Part shown: piece by piece, positions 51,143 to 61,100 of the stretch
Layout: every line of letters starts with the position of its first letter
How positions within the stretch are numbered: the stretch's first letter is position 1
IMG/VR virus record: IMGVR_UViG_3300037067_004891
Location: 320,001-384,000 of that record
Length of the DNA: 64,000 nucleotides
Strand: one strand, 5' to 3'
DNA from: a virus
Lineage: Duplodnaviria > Caudoviricetes
Translations under genes and position numbers: made by a program
Notes under the pieces: model-generated
Databases searched by the model: none
The model's input: only the letters and a program-made list of their open reading frames with translations
What the model was told of the DNA's origin: nothing

Positions 51143-51927
51143 ATATTGTAGTTTTCAGTAAAGATAGGGCAATGCAATTAGAGTTGTTTATTAGAAGTTT
51201 TAATAAATACGTTAAGAATTCTTCTGAATATTTAATAAAAATATTATATACATGTTCGAACAATGAATTCAAAAATGGTTATGAGAAATTAATAGCGGAG
51301 TCTGAAGAAAATGTGTTATGGAAGAAAGAAGAAAATTTCAAAGTAGACCTAATAAATTTAATGAATAAATATGATGCATACACAGTGTTTTTTGTTGATG
51401 ATATAGTATTTAAAAATCCAATAGATTTTAATGACAATCAACAAAAAGTATTCGAACATGATACTGACATATTGTGTAGAAGTTTGAGATTACAACCAAA
51501 TTTTAAATATTCTTATGCATCAAAAGATGCCATGACTAACCCAGATTATTTAGAACATAATGTTTATTTCTGGAAAGGTAAAAGTGGTGATTATGGTTAT
51601 CCAATGTCTGTTGATGGTCATATTTATAGAACAAATCAAATATATCCATATGTGTTAAATTTACCTTATACAAATCCTAATTCATTCGAAGGGAATATGG
51701 CAATAAGACCTCTTAATTTACCTAAAATGGTTTGTTATGATAAATCTATAATTGTAAATAATCCATGTAATAAAGTTCAAACAAATAATCCTAATTTTCA
51801 TGGTAAAATTGATGCCAAATTTCTTAATAATAAATATTTGGATGGATATATAATTAGTTTAGAAAATTTTGACGGCATTGAAAATTCAGCATGTCATCAA
51901 GAGATTGATTTAATTTTTAAAAAATAA
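51139..51927 (+). CDS. Putative GT-A glycosyltransferase
   Basis: IVVFSKDRAMQL, FFVDD; genomic context. Confidence 0.55.
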   Translation: MNIVVFSKDRAMQLELFIRSFNKYVKNSSEYLIKILYTCSNNEFKNGYEKLIAESEENVLWKKEENFKVDLINLMNKYDAYTVFFVDDIVFKNPIDFNDNQQKVFEHDTDILCRSLRLQPNFKYSYASKDAMTNPDYLEHNVYFWKGKSGDYGYPMSVDGHIYRTNQIYPYVLNLPYTNPNSFEGNMAIRPLNLPKMVCYDKSIIVNNPCNKVQTNNPNFHGKIDAKFLNNKYLDGYIISLENFDGIENSACHQEIDLIFKK

Positions 51928-51937
51928 AAATACTATC

Positions 51938-52555
51938 ATGTTACTCGATCTTGAAACTTTAATAAAAAAATACAATCTAAATATAAAAGGAGTATTGCAC
52001 ATTGGCGCACATGTTGGTAGGGAAATTAATGCATATCGAAAAGCTAATATAAAAAATGTGATGTTTTTTGAACCACTTCCTCATACATTTGAAAAATTAA
52101 AACAATATGTTGGTGAAAACGGTGCAATATTTATAAATAAGGCTCTTGGTAATAAGACAGGAAAAGCTGAGATGTATGTAGAATATAATAATGAAAGTCA
52201 GTCATCTTCTATATTAGAACCAGCATTACATGTAAAACAATATCCAAATATAATATTTAATGATAAAATTGAGGTTGAAATAGATAAATTGGATAATATC
52301 CCATATTTGAGAAACGATTATAATTTTATAAATATAGACGTTCAGGGGTATGAATTAGAAGTTTTTAAAGGTGCGCCAAAATCATTGTATACAATAGATT
52401 ATATAATGACTGAAATTAATAGAGCAGATTTATATAAAGATTGTGTTTTAGAAGAAGAACTGGATAATTTTTTATTTGAATTTGGGTTCATAAGAGTTGA
52501 AACTTATTGGGCTGGTGTAACTTGGGGTGATGCTCTTTATATAAAAATTAAATAA
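51938..52555 (+). CDS. FkbM-family methyltransferase
   Basis: LHIGAH.G, FEP, NIDVQGYELEV. Confidence 0.85.
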   Translation: MLLDLETLIKKYNLNIKGVLHIGAHVGREINAYRKANIKNVMFFEPLPHTFEKLKQYVGENGAIFINKALGNKTGKAEMYVEYNNESQSSSILEPALHVKQYPNIIFNDKIEVEIDKLDNIPYLRNDYNFINIDVQGYELEVFKGAPKSLYTIDYIMTEINRADLYKDCVLEEELDNFLFEFGFIRVETYWAGVTWGDALYIKIK

Positions 52556-52559
52556 TCAC

Positions 52560-53285
52560 ATGGTTGATAATGAAAAACTTGTGTTTTTAAAAGAATTATA
52601 TAGTAAAAACTATATAAATAAAGAAAATAAAGAACCAAAAATACCTAAAATAATACACCAAGTATGGTTGGGTAGTAAATTACCAGATAAATATAATTTT
52701 TATATCGATACAATTAAAAAAGTTAACCCAGAATGGGAATATAAATTATGGACTGATGATGATGTTGAGGGGTTTGGTTTAAAGAATATAGATTTATTTA
52801 ATAATATAAAGAACTTTGGGTCTAAAAGTGATATTTTTAGATATGAGATTCTGGAAAGATTTGGCGGTGTGTATATGGATACAGATTTTTATGGCGTTAA
52901 ATCATTCAATGAATTGTTGTATTTAGATTTTTTTGCAGGTAATGGTGGGTTGACTATTTCAGAGGTTTATAATGGGTTATTTGGTACAGCACTCAATGGT
53001 AAAATTATTACCAAAGTTGTTAATAATTTATTAAACCTACAAAATTTTAAAGATGATATTAATGGTGTAATGAAAAACACTGGCCCATATTTTTTTACTG
53101 ATCAGTTTTATAATAATGTTGATATAAATGACAATGTTGTTATATTTTCTGGTGATTTCTTTTATCCATTTCCTTCTTCAATGAGATATATACAACAGGA
53201 TATTAATTATAACGATATTATAAATAGTTACAATACTGAAAATACAATTTGTGTGCATATGTGGCATACAAGCTGGCAAAATTAA
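52560..53285 (+). CDS. DxD glycosyltransferase (GT32/OCH1-like)
   Basis: IPKIIHQVW, SDIFRYEIL, GGVYMDTD, TGP, HMWHTSW. Confidence 0.85.
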   Translation: MVDNEKLVFLKELYSKNYINKENKEPKIPKIIHQVWLGSKLPDKYNFYIDTIKKVNPEWEYKLWTDDDVEGFGLKNIDLFNNIKNFGSKSDIFRYEILERFGGVYMDTDFYGVKSFNELLYLDFFAGNGGLTISEVYNGLFGTALNGKIITKVVNNLLNLQNFKDDINGVMKNTGPYFFTDQFYNNVDINDNVVIFSGDFFYPFPSSMRYIQQDINYNDIINSYNTENTICVHMWHTSWQN

Positions 53286-53294
53286 TAATGTAAT

Positions 53295-54122
53295 ATGGAC
53301 TTTATATCTGGTGAAAAATTTATAAAACTTGCTGATTACGTTTTTAATAAACCATTAGGTGATCATGCTGATTATTATAAACTACAAAACACTTTCGATT
53401 TAAATGTTATTAACAAATCGATAAATACTCCTATCATATATTCTCCAACATACTTGGTCGAATATTTGTTTTTAGAATTAAAAAATTGTGATAGAGATAT
53501 TATTTTAATAACACATAATTCTGATCTTGATGTAAGTGAATCATTATTTTTAAAAAAACCACAATGTGTTAAAAAATGGTATTCACAAAATGTTAATTAT
53601 AAAAATAAAAATATTTTTTCAATTCCAATCGGTTTAGAAAACAGTATATGGTATACGCAAATCAATAAGACATATAAAATTCAGGAAAAAATAAAACAAG
53701 AAAAATTTATTAAAAATTTGGTTTATATGAACCATAATATAAATACGAATGTTAGCAAAAGAAAAAAACCATATGATGTTTTAGAATCTAAATCTTGGGT
53801 CAATACCAGATATGGACTGAATGGACATGATTTTGATGATTATTTAGATAATATTTATAATCACAAATTTGTCATTTGCCCAGAAGGTAATGGTATAGAT
53901 ACTCATAGAACTTGGGAATGTTTATATGTAAATACGATACCTATTGAAAAACGAAATATAAATAATCAATTTTATACTGATTTACCTATATGTTTTGTTG
54001 ATGATTGGGAAGAAATAACAGAAACTTTTTTAGAAAATGAATATATACGAATTACTAATACCAAATGGAATATTGAAAAATTGAATTTTGAGTATTGGCA
54101 GAAAAAAATATTGTATTTATGA
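53295..54122 (+). CDS. Putative glycosyltransferase (exostosin/GT47-like)
   Basis: KFVICPEGNGIDTHRTWECLY..IPI. Confidence 0.65.
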   Translation: MDFISGEKFIKLADYVFNKPLGDHADYYKLQNTFDLNVINKSINTPIIYSPTYLVEYLFLELKNCDRDIILITHNSDLDVSESLFLKKPQCVKKWYSQNVNYKNKNIFSIPIGLENSIWYTQINKTYKIQEKIKQEKFIKNLVYMNHNINTNVSKRKKPYDVLESKSWVNTRYGLNGHDFDDYLDNIYNHKFVICPEGNGIDTHRTWECLYVNTIPIEKRNINNQFYTDLPICFVDDWEEITETFLENEYIRITNTKWNIEKLNFEYWQKKILYL

Positions 54123-54970
54123 ATGTCGGTATAATTATAGATTTTAGTTATGATTTGACACATGTTTCTTTTAATAATTATTATTATGCAGTTAAAAACA
54201 TATTCGATGATGTTAAAATTATTAAAAATGAAAAAGATTTAGATGGTATAGATATATTATTTATAGGAAATGATCATTTAGAATCACATAGAAGGATATG
54301 GGAAAATGATTTATTTATAAATACGTGTAATATTAAAAATATTAAAATTTTCGTATTTACAGCCGAAACAATAATAAGTAGTTGGTATCCTTGGAATATT
54401 GGAATTCAAAAAAATTTAGAAAAATTTAATAATCTTTATCAATATGTTATAGATGTTGACGATTCAATAAAACTCCACAAAAAAATGATGAGAGGATTGA
54501 TGTCTAAACATTATGAAAATATAATAAATATTCCTAAACAAAAAAAAGACAAATGTTTATTTCTTGGTCAGATTTATCCTGAAAGACAAATACTTTTAGA
54601 TAAATTAAAAACTGTAATGAATATAGACATTATTTCTTCACCACCTCCAAGATTAAATAAATGGATTGACTACATAACTATCTTATCAAAATATCGTTTT
54701 GTATTATCGCCATTATCTACTTGTGGTAATTCGTTTCCACTTAAATTTTATGAAACACTGTTAGTTAACTCAATACCCATTCACCAAGTCAAACAAAATA
54801 CTTTAGAATATTATATAACAGAAGCTAAATATGATGATTGTATATATTTCGAAAATATTGATGAATTGTTACATAAATTATCACATTTTAATTTAAATGT
54901 GAGTTATAATAAACCTTGGTTGGAAGATCATATAAAAAATATTTTATTAGAAAATGAAATATTTTATTAA
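54119..54970 (+). CDS. Putative GT-B glycosyltransferase
   Basis: LFLGQIYPER, RFVLSPL, KFYETL; ATG 54119 overlaps the upstream TGA. Confidence 0.55.
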   Translation: MNVGIIIDFSYDLTHVSFNNYYYAVKNIFDDVKIIKNEKDLDGIDILFIGNDHLESHRRIWENDLFINTCNIKNIKIFVFTAETIISSWYPWNIGIQKNLEKFNNLYQYVIDVDDSIKLHKKMMRGLMSKHYENIINIPKQKKDKCLFLGQIYPERQILLDKLKTVMNIDIISSPPPRLNKWIDYITILSKYRFVLSPLSTCGNSFPLKFYETLLVNSIPIHQVKQNTLEYYITEAKYDDCIYFENIDELLHKLSHFNLNVSYNKPWLEDHIKNILLENEIFY

Positions 54971-55009
54971 TAAAATGATTAAACCCAATTTTTGTTTATA
55001 TATAAATAT

Positions 55010-55744
55010 ATGAATGATATAATTAAAAAAATAATTACAACTTCTTATTTATGTAAAGAAGGACACATTGCAAGTTCACTCTCTGTATTAGATATACTTT
55101 TTGTTCTTTATAAAGATATTTTAAAATTGGAATCTGAAGATAGAGATAGACTTATTTTAAGTAAAGGACACGCATCACTTGGATTATATGCCGTACTTGA
55201 TCATTTTAATTTACTTGAAGAAAACTTATCTAATTTTGGTAAATTTAATTCTAAATTGGGTGGACATCCATCTGATAAAACAAAATTTGTTGAAGCTTCG
55301 ACAGGTTCTTTAGGTCATGGGTTGGCAATTGGTGTTGGATTGGCGATGGGATACAAAATTTTAAATTATATAAATAATATTTATGTAATCATAGGTGATG
55401 GTGAATCTAATGAAGGAACTATTTGGGAATCTGCACTTTTAGCATCGCATCATAAATTGAACAATTTATATTGTATTATGGATTTTAATAGATCAAATGA
55501 TAGAGCTATTAAAATAGATAATGTAATGAGAAAATTCGATTCATTCAATTGGGATTGTATTGAGATAAATGGACATAATTATGATGAGATAAAAATGTCT
55601 TTACAATCGATTTCACAAAAACCCACGTTTATTTTAGCAAATACTATAAAAGGAAAAGGAGTTAAAATGATGGAAAATAACCCAGAATGGCATCACAGAT
55701 TTCCAAATGAAGATGAATATAATAACATATTGTTTGATTTATGA
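55010..55744 (+). CDS. Transketolase N-terminal (TPP-binding) subunit
   Basis: GHIASSLS, LSKGH, STGSLGHG, GDGESNEG, KGKG, WHH. Confidence 0.9.
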   Translation: MNDIIKKIITTSYLCKEGHIASSLSVLDILFVLYKDILKLESEDRDRLILSKGHASLGLYAVLDHFNLLEENLSNFGKFNSKLGGHPSDKTKFVEASTGSLGHGLAIGVGLAMGYKILNYINNIYVIIGDGESNEGTIWESALLASHHKLNNLYCIMDFNRSNDRAIKIDNVMRKFDSFNWDCIEINGHNYDEIKMSLQSISQKPTFILANTIKGKGVKMMENNPEWHHRFPNEDEYNNILFDL

Positions 55745-56619
55745 GAAAGCAATTAATAAAATCTGTTGAAAATTTATTAGATATTAATCCAAAAACGGTT
55801 CTTCTACTTGGTGATATAGGTGTTTTTGGATTTAGAAATTCTTTCAAAAAATATCCAAATAGAGTGTATAATATTGGAATTTTGGAACAATCTACAATTG
55901 GATTAGCAGCAGGTTTATCTAAAATTGGATTAATACCTTTTGTTCATACGATTTCGCCATTTATTGTTGAACGTGCATTAGAACAACTTAAAATAGATTT
56001 TGGTTATCAAAATCTAAATGGCAATTTTTTGGGAATAGGGGCTTCTTATGATTATTCAGCGTTGGGGGCAACACATCATTGTCCAAGTGATATTTCTATA
56101 TTACAGAACATACCAAATATGCAAATTATAATACCTGGTAGTTCATCAGAACTTGATTATCTTTTAAATTCTAATTATAATAATGGACAACCTACTTATT
56201 ATAAATTAGCAGAATACGAAAATATTAATCAGGTGAATGTAATGGTAGATAAAGCTTCAATAATTAAAACTGGAAAGTTGGCTACTGTTATTTGTTTCGG
56301 TAATATGTTGGATTCGGTATTAGAGTCAACTAAAGATTTAGATGTAACAGTTTTATATTATACTACAATAAAACCATTCGATAATAAAATTTTATATGAT
56401 AATTTTAATGAAAAAATAATTTTAATTGAACAATTTTATGAGGGTAGTATGAATTATCAAATTAATAAATCATTGATTGATAAAAAATATTCTATATATA
56501 ATATTGGAATTCGTCATGAATTTTTAGATAAAAATGGTTCTAAACAAGATATAGATAATTATTTAGGAATGGATACACAATCCATAAAAGAAAAAATACA
56601 TCAAATATGTATAAAATAA
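55741..56619 (+). CDS. Transketolase C-terminal subunit
   Basis: NIGILEQ, RALEQLK, GATHH. Confidence 0.9.
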   Translation: MRKQLIKSVENLLDINPKTVLLLGDIGVFGFRNSFKKYPNRVYNIGILEQSTIGLAAGLSKIGLIPFVHTISPFIVERALEQLKIDFGYQNLNGNFLGIGASYDYSALGATHHCPSDISILQNIPNMQIIIPGSSSELDYLLNSNYNNGQPTYYKLAEYENINQVNVMVDKASIIKTGKLATVICFGNMLDSVLESTKDLDVTVLYYTTIKPFDNKILYDNFNEKIILIEQFYEGSMNYQINKSLIDKKYSIYNIGIRHEFLDKNGSKQDIDNYLGMDTQSIKEKIHQICIK

Positions 56620-57629
56620 TAGAACAAGACGTAGAGGACATCATTAATAAAATTAATTTTACTCAATTAGAAAATAAATCGATATTAATAACTGGAGCAT
56701 CTGGTATAATAGGAGTTTATTTGATGTCTTGTTTGAAAAGACTTTATAAAAATTTAAATATTAAAGTATATGCTTGGACTAAATCAGAAATAGATGAAAA
56801 CCTTTCTTCCCTTTTTGATTTTGATCTTACTATAATTAATGAAGATATAACTGATATAATAAATTATAAGGAAACATTACCATTATTTGATTTTATAATT
56901 CATGCAGCAGGTTATGGACAACCTGGTAAGTTTCTTGAAAATAAAATAAAAACAATTGAAATTAACACTTCTGTAACCATTGAACTTATAAAATTGTTAA
57001 AACCTGACGGGAAATTTTTATTTATAAGTACGAGTGAATTATATAGTGGGTTAGACAGTGATTTTATTAAAGAAGAAGAAATTGGTAACACTAAAACTAA
57101 CCATCCTCGTGCTTCTTATATAGAAGGAAAAAGATGTGGAGAAGCTATATGTCATTCTTTTATATCTGAAGGAAAAAATATAAAAATAGCTCGTCTATGT
57201 CTGGCTTACGGTGCTGGGACAAAGAAGAATGATAATAGAGTACTGAATTCTTTAATACAAAAAGCAATTCAAAATGATAAAATCCAACTAATGGATTCTG
57301 GGAATGCAATACGAACATATTGTTATATCGCTGATGTGATTGAAATGTTTTGGAATATTTTATTTTTTGGAAAACACACTACTTATAATGTTGGGGGTGT
57401 ATCAAAAATTTCTATTTTAGAAATGGCTGAAATGATAGGTAGAATTTTTGATAAAGATGTTGTTATTCCACTAAATGATAATAATGAATTAGAAGGTAGT
57501 CCAAAAATAGTTAATATTAGTATTCAAAAATATCTGGACGAATTTAAAAAAAATGTTTCCGATTTCATACCATTTAGTTTAGGTTTACAGAGGACGATTC
57601 AGTGGCAAAAATTTATTTATAAAAAATGA
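56607..57629 (+). CDS. NAD-dependent nucleotide-sugar epimerase/dehydratase/decarboxylase
   Basis: ITGASGIIG, HAAG, STSELY, YIEGK. Confidence 0.85.
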   Translation: MYKIIEQDVEDIINKINFTQLENKSILITGASGIIGVYLMSCLKRLYKNLNIKVYAWTKSEIDENLSSLFDFDLTIINEDITDIINYKETLPLFDFIIHAAGYGQPGKFLENKIKTIEINTSVTIELIKLLKPDGKFLFISTSELYSGLDSDFIKEEEIGNTKTNHPRASYIEGKRCGEAICHSFISEGKNIKIARLCLAYGAGTKKNDNRVLNSLIQKAIQNDKIQLMDSGNAIRTYCYIADVIEMFWNILFFGKHTTYNVGGVSKISILEMAEMIGRIFDKDVVIPLNDNNELEGSPKIVNISIQKYLDEFKKNVSDFIPFSLGLQRTIQWQKFIYKK

Positions 57630-58549
57630 ACAAAATAGAACCATTTCATATCGAAAATATTTTAGGATTTAAATTGAATCCAAGCCACAATCAACAAATT
57701 ATAGATTTAAATTTAGTATATGATGAAATGTCTAAATTTGAAAGAGATGAATATTTATTATCAGTTATTGATGTACTCAATAAGGATATTACTTGTAGTG
57801 GTGAACACAGAATTAATGAATGGGAAAACGGATGGAGTGAAAATCTTCAAAATTTTAAAAAATTAAAAGATATTAAATATTTAATACCAAAATATCATGG
57901 TAAATATAATATTGCACGATGGATGGGGGATGTTGTTACATCAGAAATATCAGATTTTGATTATAAAATCCATATTTGTATGGTTGATGCAATCCTACAA
58001 CATTACTTAAAAGATTGTAAGAATATATATGAATTCGGATGTGGGTCAGCTTATCATTTAATTAGGTTAAATAATTTTAATAGTGATTTTATATTACACG
58101 GTTCAGATTGGGCGCACACATCCCAAAAAATTATTAAAGAAATAAATGATATATTGGACATTAATATTAATATGTTCAATTTTAATTTTTTTAATCCCGA
58201 TTTTAATATAAATTTAGGAGAAAATAGTGGCATTTATACTATCGCAGCATTAGAACAAGTTGGCGAAAATTTCAAAGCTTTCGTTGATTATTTATTGAAT
58301 AAAAAACCAAGTATATGTATTCATCTTGAACCTATTGATGAATTATTAGACGAAAATAAATTAATTGATAAATTATCAATTATGTATTTTAGAAAACGGA
58401 ATTATTTGAAAGGTTTCTTGCCTTATTTAGAAGAATTAGAAAGAGAAGATAAGATAGAAATAATTAAAAAACAAAGAATATTTACTGGAAGTTATTTTAT
58501 TGAAGGACATTCTTTGATAGTTTGGAGAATTAAAAATGAAAACACTTAG
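57626..58549 (+). CDS. Class I SAM-dependent methyltransferase
   Basis: IYEFGCGS, GSDW, ALEQ. Confidence 0.65.
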   Translation: MNKIEPFHIENILGFKLNPSHNQQIIDLNLVYDEMSKFERDEYLLSVIDVLNKDITCSGEHRINEWENGWSENLQNFKKLKDIKYLIPKYHGKYNIARWMGDVVTSEISDFDYKIHICMVDAILQHYLKDCKNIYEFGCGSAYHLIRLNNFNSDFILHGSDWAHTSQKIIKEINDILDININMFNFNFFNPDFNINLGENSGIYTIAALEQVGENFKAFVDYLLNKKPSICIHLEPIDELLDENKLIDKLSIMYFRKRNYLKGFLPYLEELEREDKIEIIKKQRIFTGSYFIEGHSLIVWRIKNENT

Positions 58550-59465
58550 AGTATTTGTTACAGATTGGTATTTAATGGACATGCCATATTCAGATATAGA
58601 TAATATATTTTTATGGATTCTAAAGAAAAAATTTAATGTTATAATAGATAGTGAGAACCCAGATGTATTATTTTATTCTAAGTCTGATATTGACAATTAT
58701 TTAAATTATAAAAATTGTTTAAAAATATATGTTAATAGTGAACCTGGTTATTATAATGATATTTCAAAATATGATATAAATCATATGGCATATAAAGCAA
58801 TTAAAAATTGTGATTATATGATATCATCTTATAAATCTAATATGGAAAATAATTATTACTTACCAGTGTTTATGTTATGGTTATATCATCATATATATGT
58901 AACAAAAATAATAGAATCATTTGAATCTTTAACTAAAAGTAGAAATCCTGTTGATAAAAAATATTTTTGCATTTTTTTACATAGAAATACTGTTCCTTAT
59001 AAACGAAAAGAAATTTTTAATAAATTATGTTTATATAAAAAGATTCATACTAAACACGATTTAAATGTTCCAGATAGTTCATTGAATAAGATAAATATCA
59101 TTAAAGATTTTAAATTTTCATTTGCTATGCAAAATCATTTTTATAAAGAGAACCATTATGCTAAAAATGATAATTATATAGAGTATGATATACCTGGACT
59201 TATAGATGAAAAAATATTAGAATCCTTAATATCTAATACTATTCCAATATATTACGGAAATGAAGAAATTACTAAATATTTTAATAAAAATAGTTTTTTA
59301 AATTATCATGATTTTAATGATGATGACCGATTTATTCAAGAAATTATAAATATAGATAAAAATGATAGTTTATCTAAAGAAATTTTATCACAACCAGTTT
59401 TTAATAATTTAAACGATTTGAAAATTAATGAATTAGAAAACTTTTTATTTAAAATAATAGATTAA
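58536..59465 (+). CDS. GT10 alpha-1,3-fucosyltransferase-like protein
   Basis: NPDVLF, FKFSFAM.N...EKI......IPIYYG...FN..SFLN. Confidence 0.7.
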   Translation: MKTLRVFVTDWYLMDMPYSDIDNIFLWILKKKFNVIIDSENPDVLFYSKSDIDNYLNYKNCLKIYVNSEPGYYNDISKYDINHMAYKAIKNCDYMISSYKSNMENNYYLPVFMLWLYHHIYVTKIIESFESLTKSRNPVDKKYFCIFLHRNTVPYKRKEIFNKLCLYKKIHTKHDLNVPDSSLNKINIIKDFKFSFAMQNHFYKENHYAKNDNYIEYDIPGLIDEKILESLISNTIPIYYGNEEITKYFNKNSFLNYHDFNDDDRFIQEIINIDKNDSLSKEILSQPVFNNLNDLKINELENFLFKIID

Positions 59466-59489
59466 AAACTAAAAAATAAATATTTATAT

Positions 59490-60407
59490 ATGAAGATTTT
59501 AATTACAGGTGGAGCTGGTTATAAAGGCTCTATTTTAGCTAAAGAACTTTTAGATAGAAATCATCAAGTTACAATACTTGATAATTTTATGTATGGTTAT
59601 GATAGTATATTACATATTATTAATAATTCGAATCTTAAAATTAAAAAAATTGATATTAGAAATGTTAAAGAAACCGATTTAAAAGAATATGATGTTATAT
59701 ATCATTTAGCTGGTATTAGTGGTATGCCAGCATGTGCAGCTAACCCACATTCCGCAGAAGCTATTAATGTCGAATCGGTTGATAAGATGATTAAGATATT
59801 ATCAAAAGACCAAATATTAATTAATGCTTCAACCACATCTATGTATGGATATAGTGAAATTATTTGTGATGAAAAATCTCAAATTAACCCAGTAAGTATT
59901 TATGGTAAAACTAAATATGAAGCTGAAAAAATAATTCAAAATAGAGAAAATAGTATTTCATTAAGGTTTGCTACTGTTTTTGGGGTATCGACTAAAATGA
60001 GAAATGATTTAATGGTTAATGATTTTGTTTACCGTTCAATTCATGAAAGAAATATTATTCTGTTTGCTGCTCACACCAAAAGAACATTTATTCATATAAA
60101 TGATGCAATAAATGCATATATATTCACTTTAGATAATTTTGAAGCGATGAAGGATGATGTATATAATGTTGGAGATGAAAAAATGAATCTATCCAAATTA
60201 GATATATGTGAAAATATAAAAGATTTTGTAAAATTTGAAACTATTAATTCAACTTTACCAGACTTAGATAATAGAAATTTTGAAATTTCATTTCAGAAAA
60301 TAAAAAAACTTGGATACAATGTTAACTATTCTCTGAGAGATGGTGTTGAAGATTTAGTTAAGTTGTATACAGTTTATGTTTATAATTTACCATATAATAT
60401 AATTTAA
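59490..60407 (+). CDS. NAD-dependent epimerase/dehydratase
   Basis: ITGGAGY.G, HLAG, YGKTK, LRFATVFG. Confidence 0.88.
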   Translation: MKILITGGAGYKGSILAKELLDRNHQVTILDNFMYGYDSILHIINNSNLKIKKIDIRNVKETDLKEYDVIYHLAGISGMPACAANPHSAEAINVESVDKMIKILSKDQILINASTTSMYGYSEIICDEKSQINPVSIYGKTKYEAEKIIQNRENSISLRFATVFGVSTKMRNDLMVNDFVYRSIHERNIILFAAHTKRTFIHINDAINAYIFTLDNFEAMKDDVYNVGDEKMNLSKLDICENIKDFVKFETINSTLPDLDNRNFEISFQKIKKLGYNVNYSLRDGVEDLVKLYTVYVYNLPYNII

Positions 60408-60418
60408 AAAATAAGAAA

Positions 60419-61057
60419 ATGAATTTAAAAGACAATAAAGTTTTTGTACAGATTGGGACAAATAATGGCGATGATGATTTTAATAAATTGGTGAAATTAC
60501 ATAGTCCGAGTAAAATTATATTAGTTGAACCCAATATTAGTTTAAATGAAAAAATACACAATTCATATGAAAATGTTGAAAATGTTTTTTTAGAAAACGT
60601 TATAATTTCTAATTATAAAGATGAAAAAATCAAATTAGTAAAACCTAAAAATAATATAAATGGTAAATCCATCAATGGTATAAAATATGATGATGGTCAT
60701 TATAGTTTATTACCATTAAACGATTGGGGAAATGTTTTTGATTATATTGAAACTGATACATTATCATTTATGTCTTTATGTGAAAAATACAATTTAACAG
60801 ACATACATTTTTTACAAATTGACACTGAAGGATATGACTCTGAAATAATATTGTCCATTAATTTTAATAAAGTGAATATTGATATTATAAAATATGAAAA
60901 ATGGTATTTTGATGAATCTTTTTATGAAAAGTATGGTGCGTTGTCAAAAAAGTATGGTGCTAATGGAATGAATGAAGCAAAAAAATATTTAATTTCAAAT
61001 GATTATACTTTTATAGATAATGAAAAAGATTTAGATCATGTTGTTATTAAAAAATAA
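60419..61057 (+). CDS. FkbM-family methyltransferase
   Basis: VQIGTNNG, VEP, LQIDTEGYD. Confidence 0.8.
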   Translation: MNLKDNKVFVQIGTNNGDDDFNKLVKLHSPSKIILVEPNISLNEKIHNSYENVENVFLENVIISNYKDEKIKLVKPKNNINGKSINGIKYDDGHYSLLPLNDWGNVFDYIETDTLSFMSLCEKYNLTDIHFLQIDTEGYDSEIILSINFNKVNIDIIKYEKWYFDESFYEKYGALSKKYGANGMNEAKKYLISNDYTFIDNEKDLDHVVIKK

Positions 61058-61100
61058 AAACTTTTTATCTGAAATTATCTACATATTAAAAAAGCTCCGA

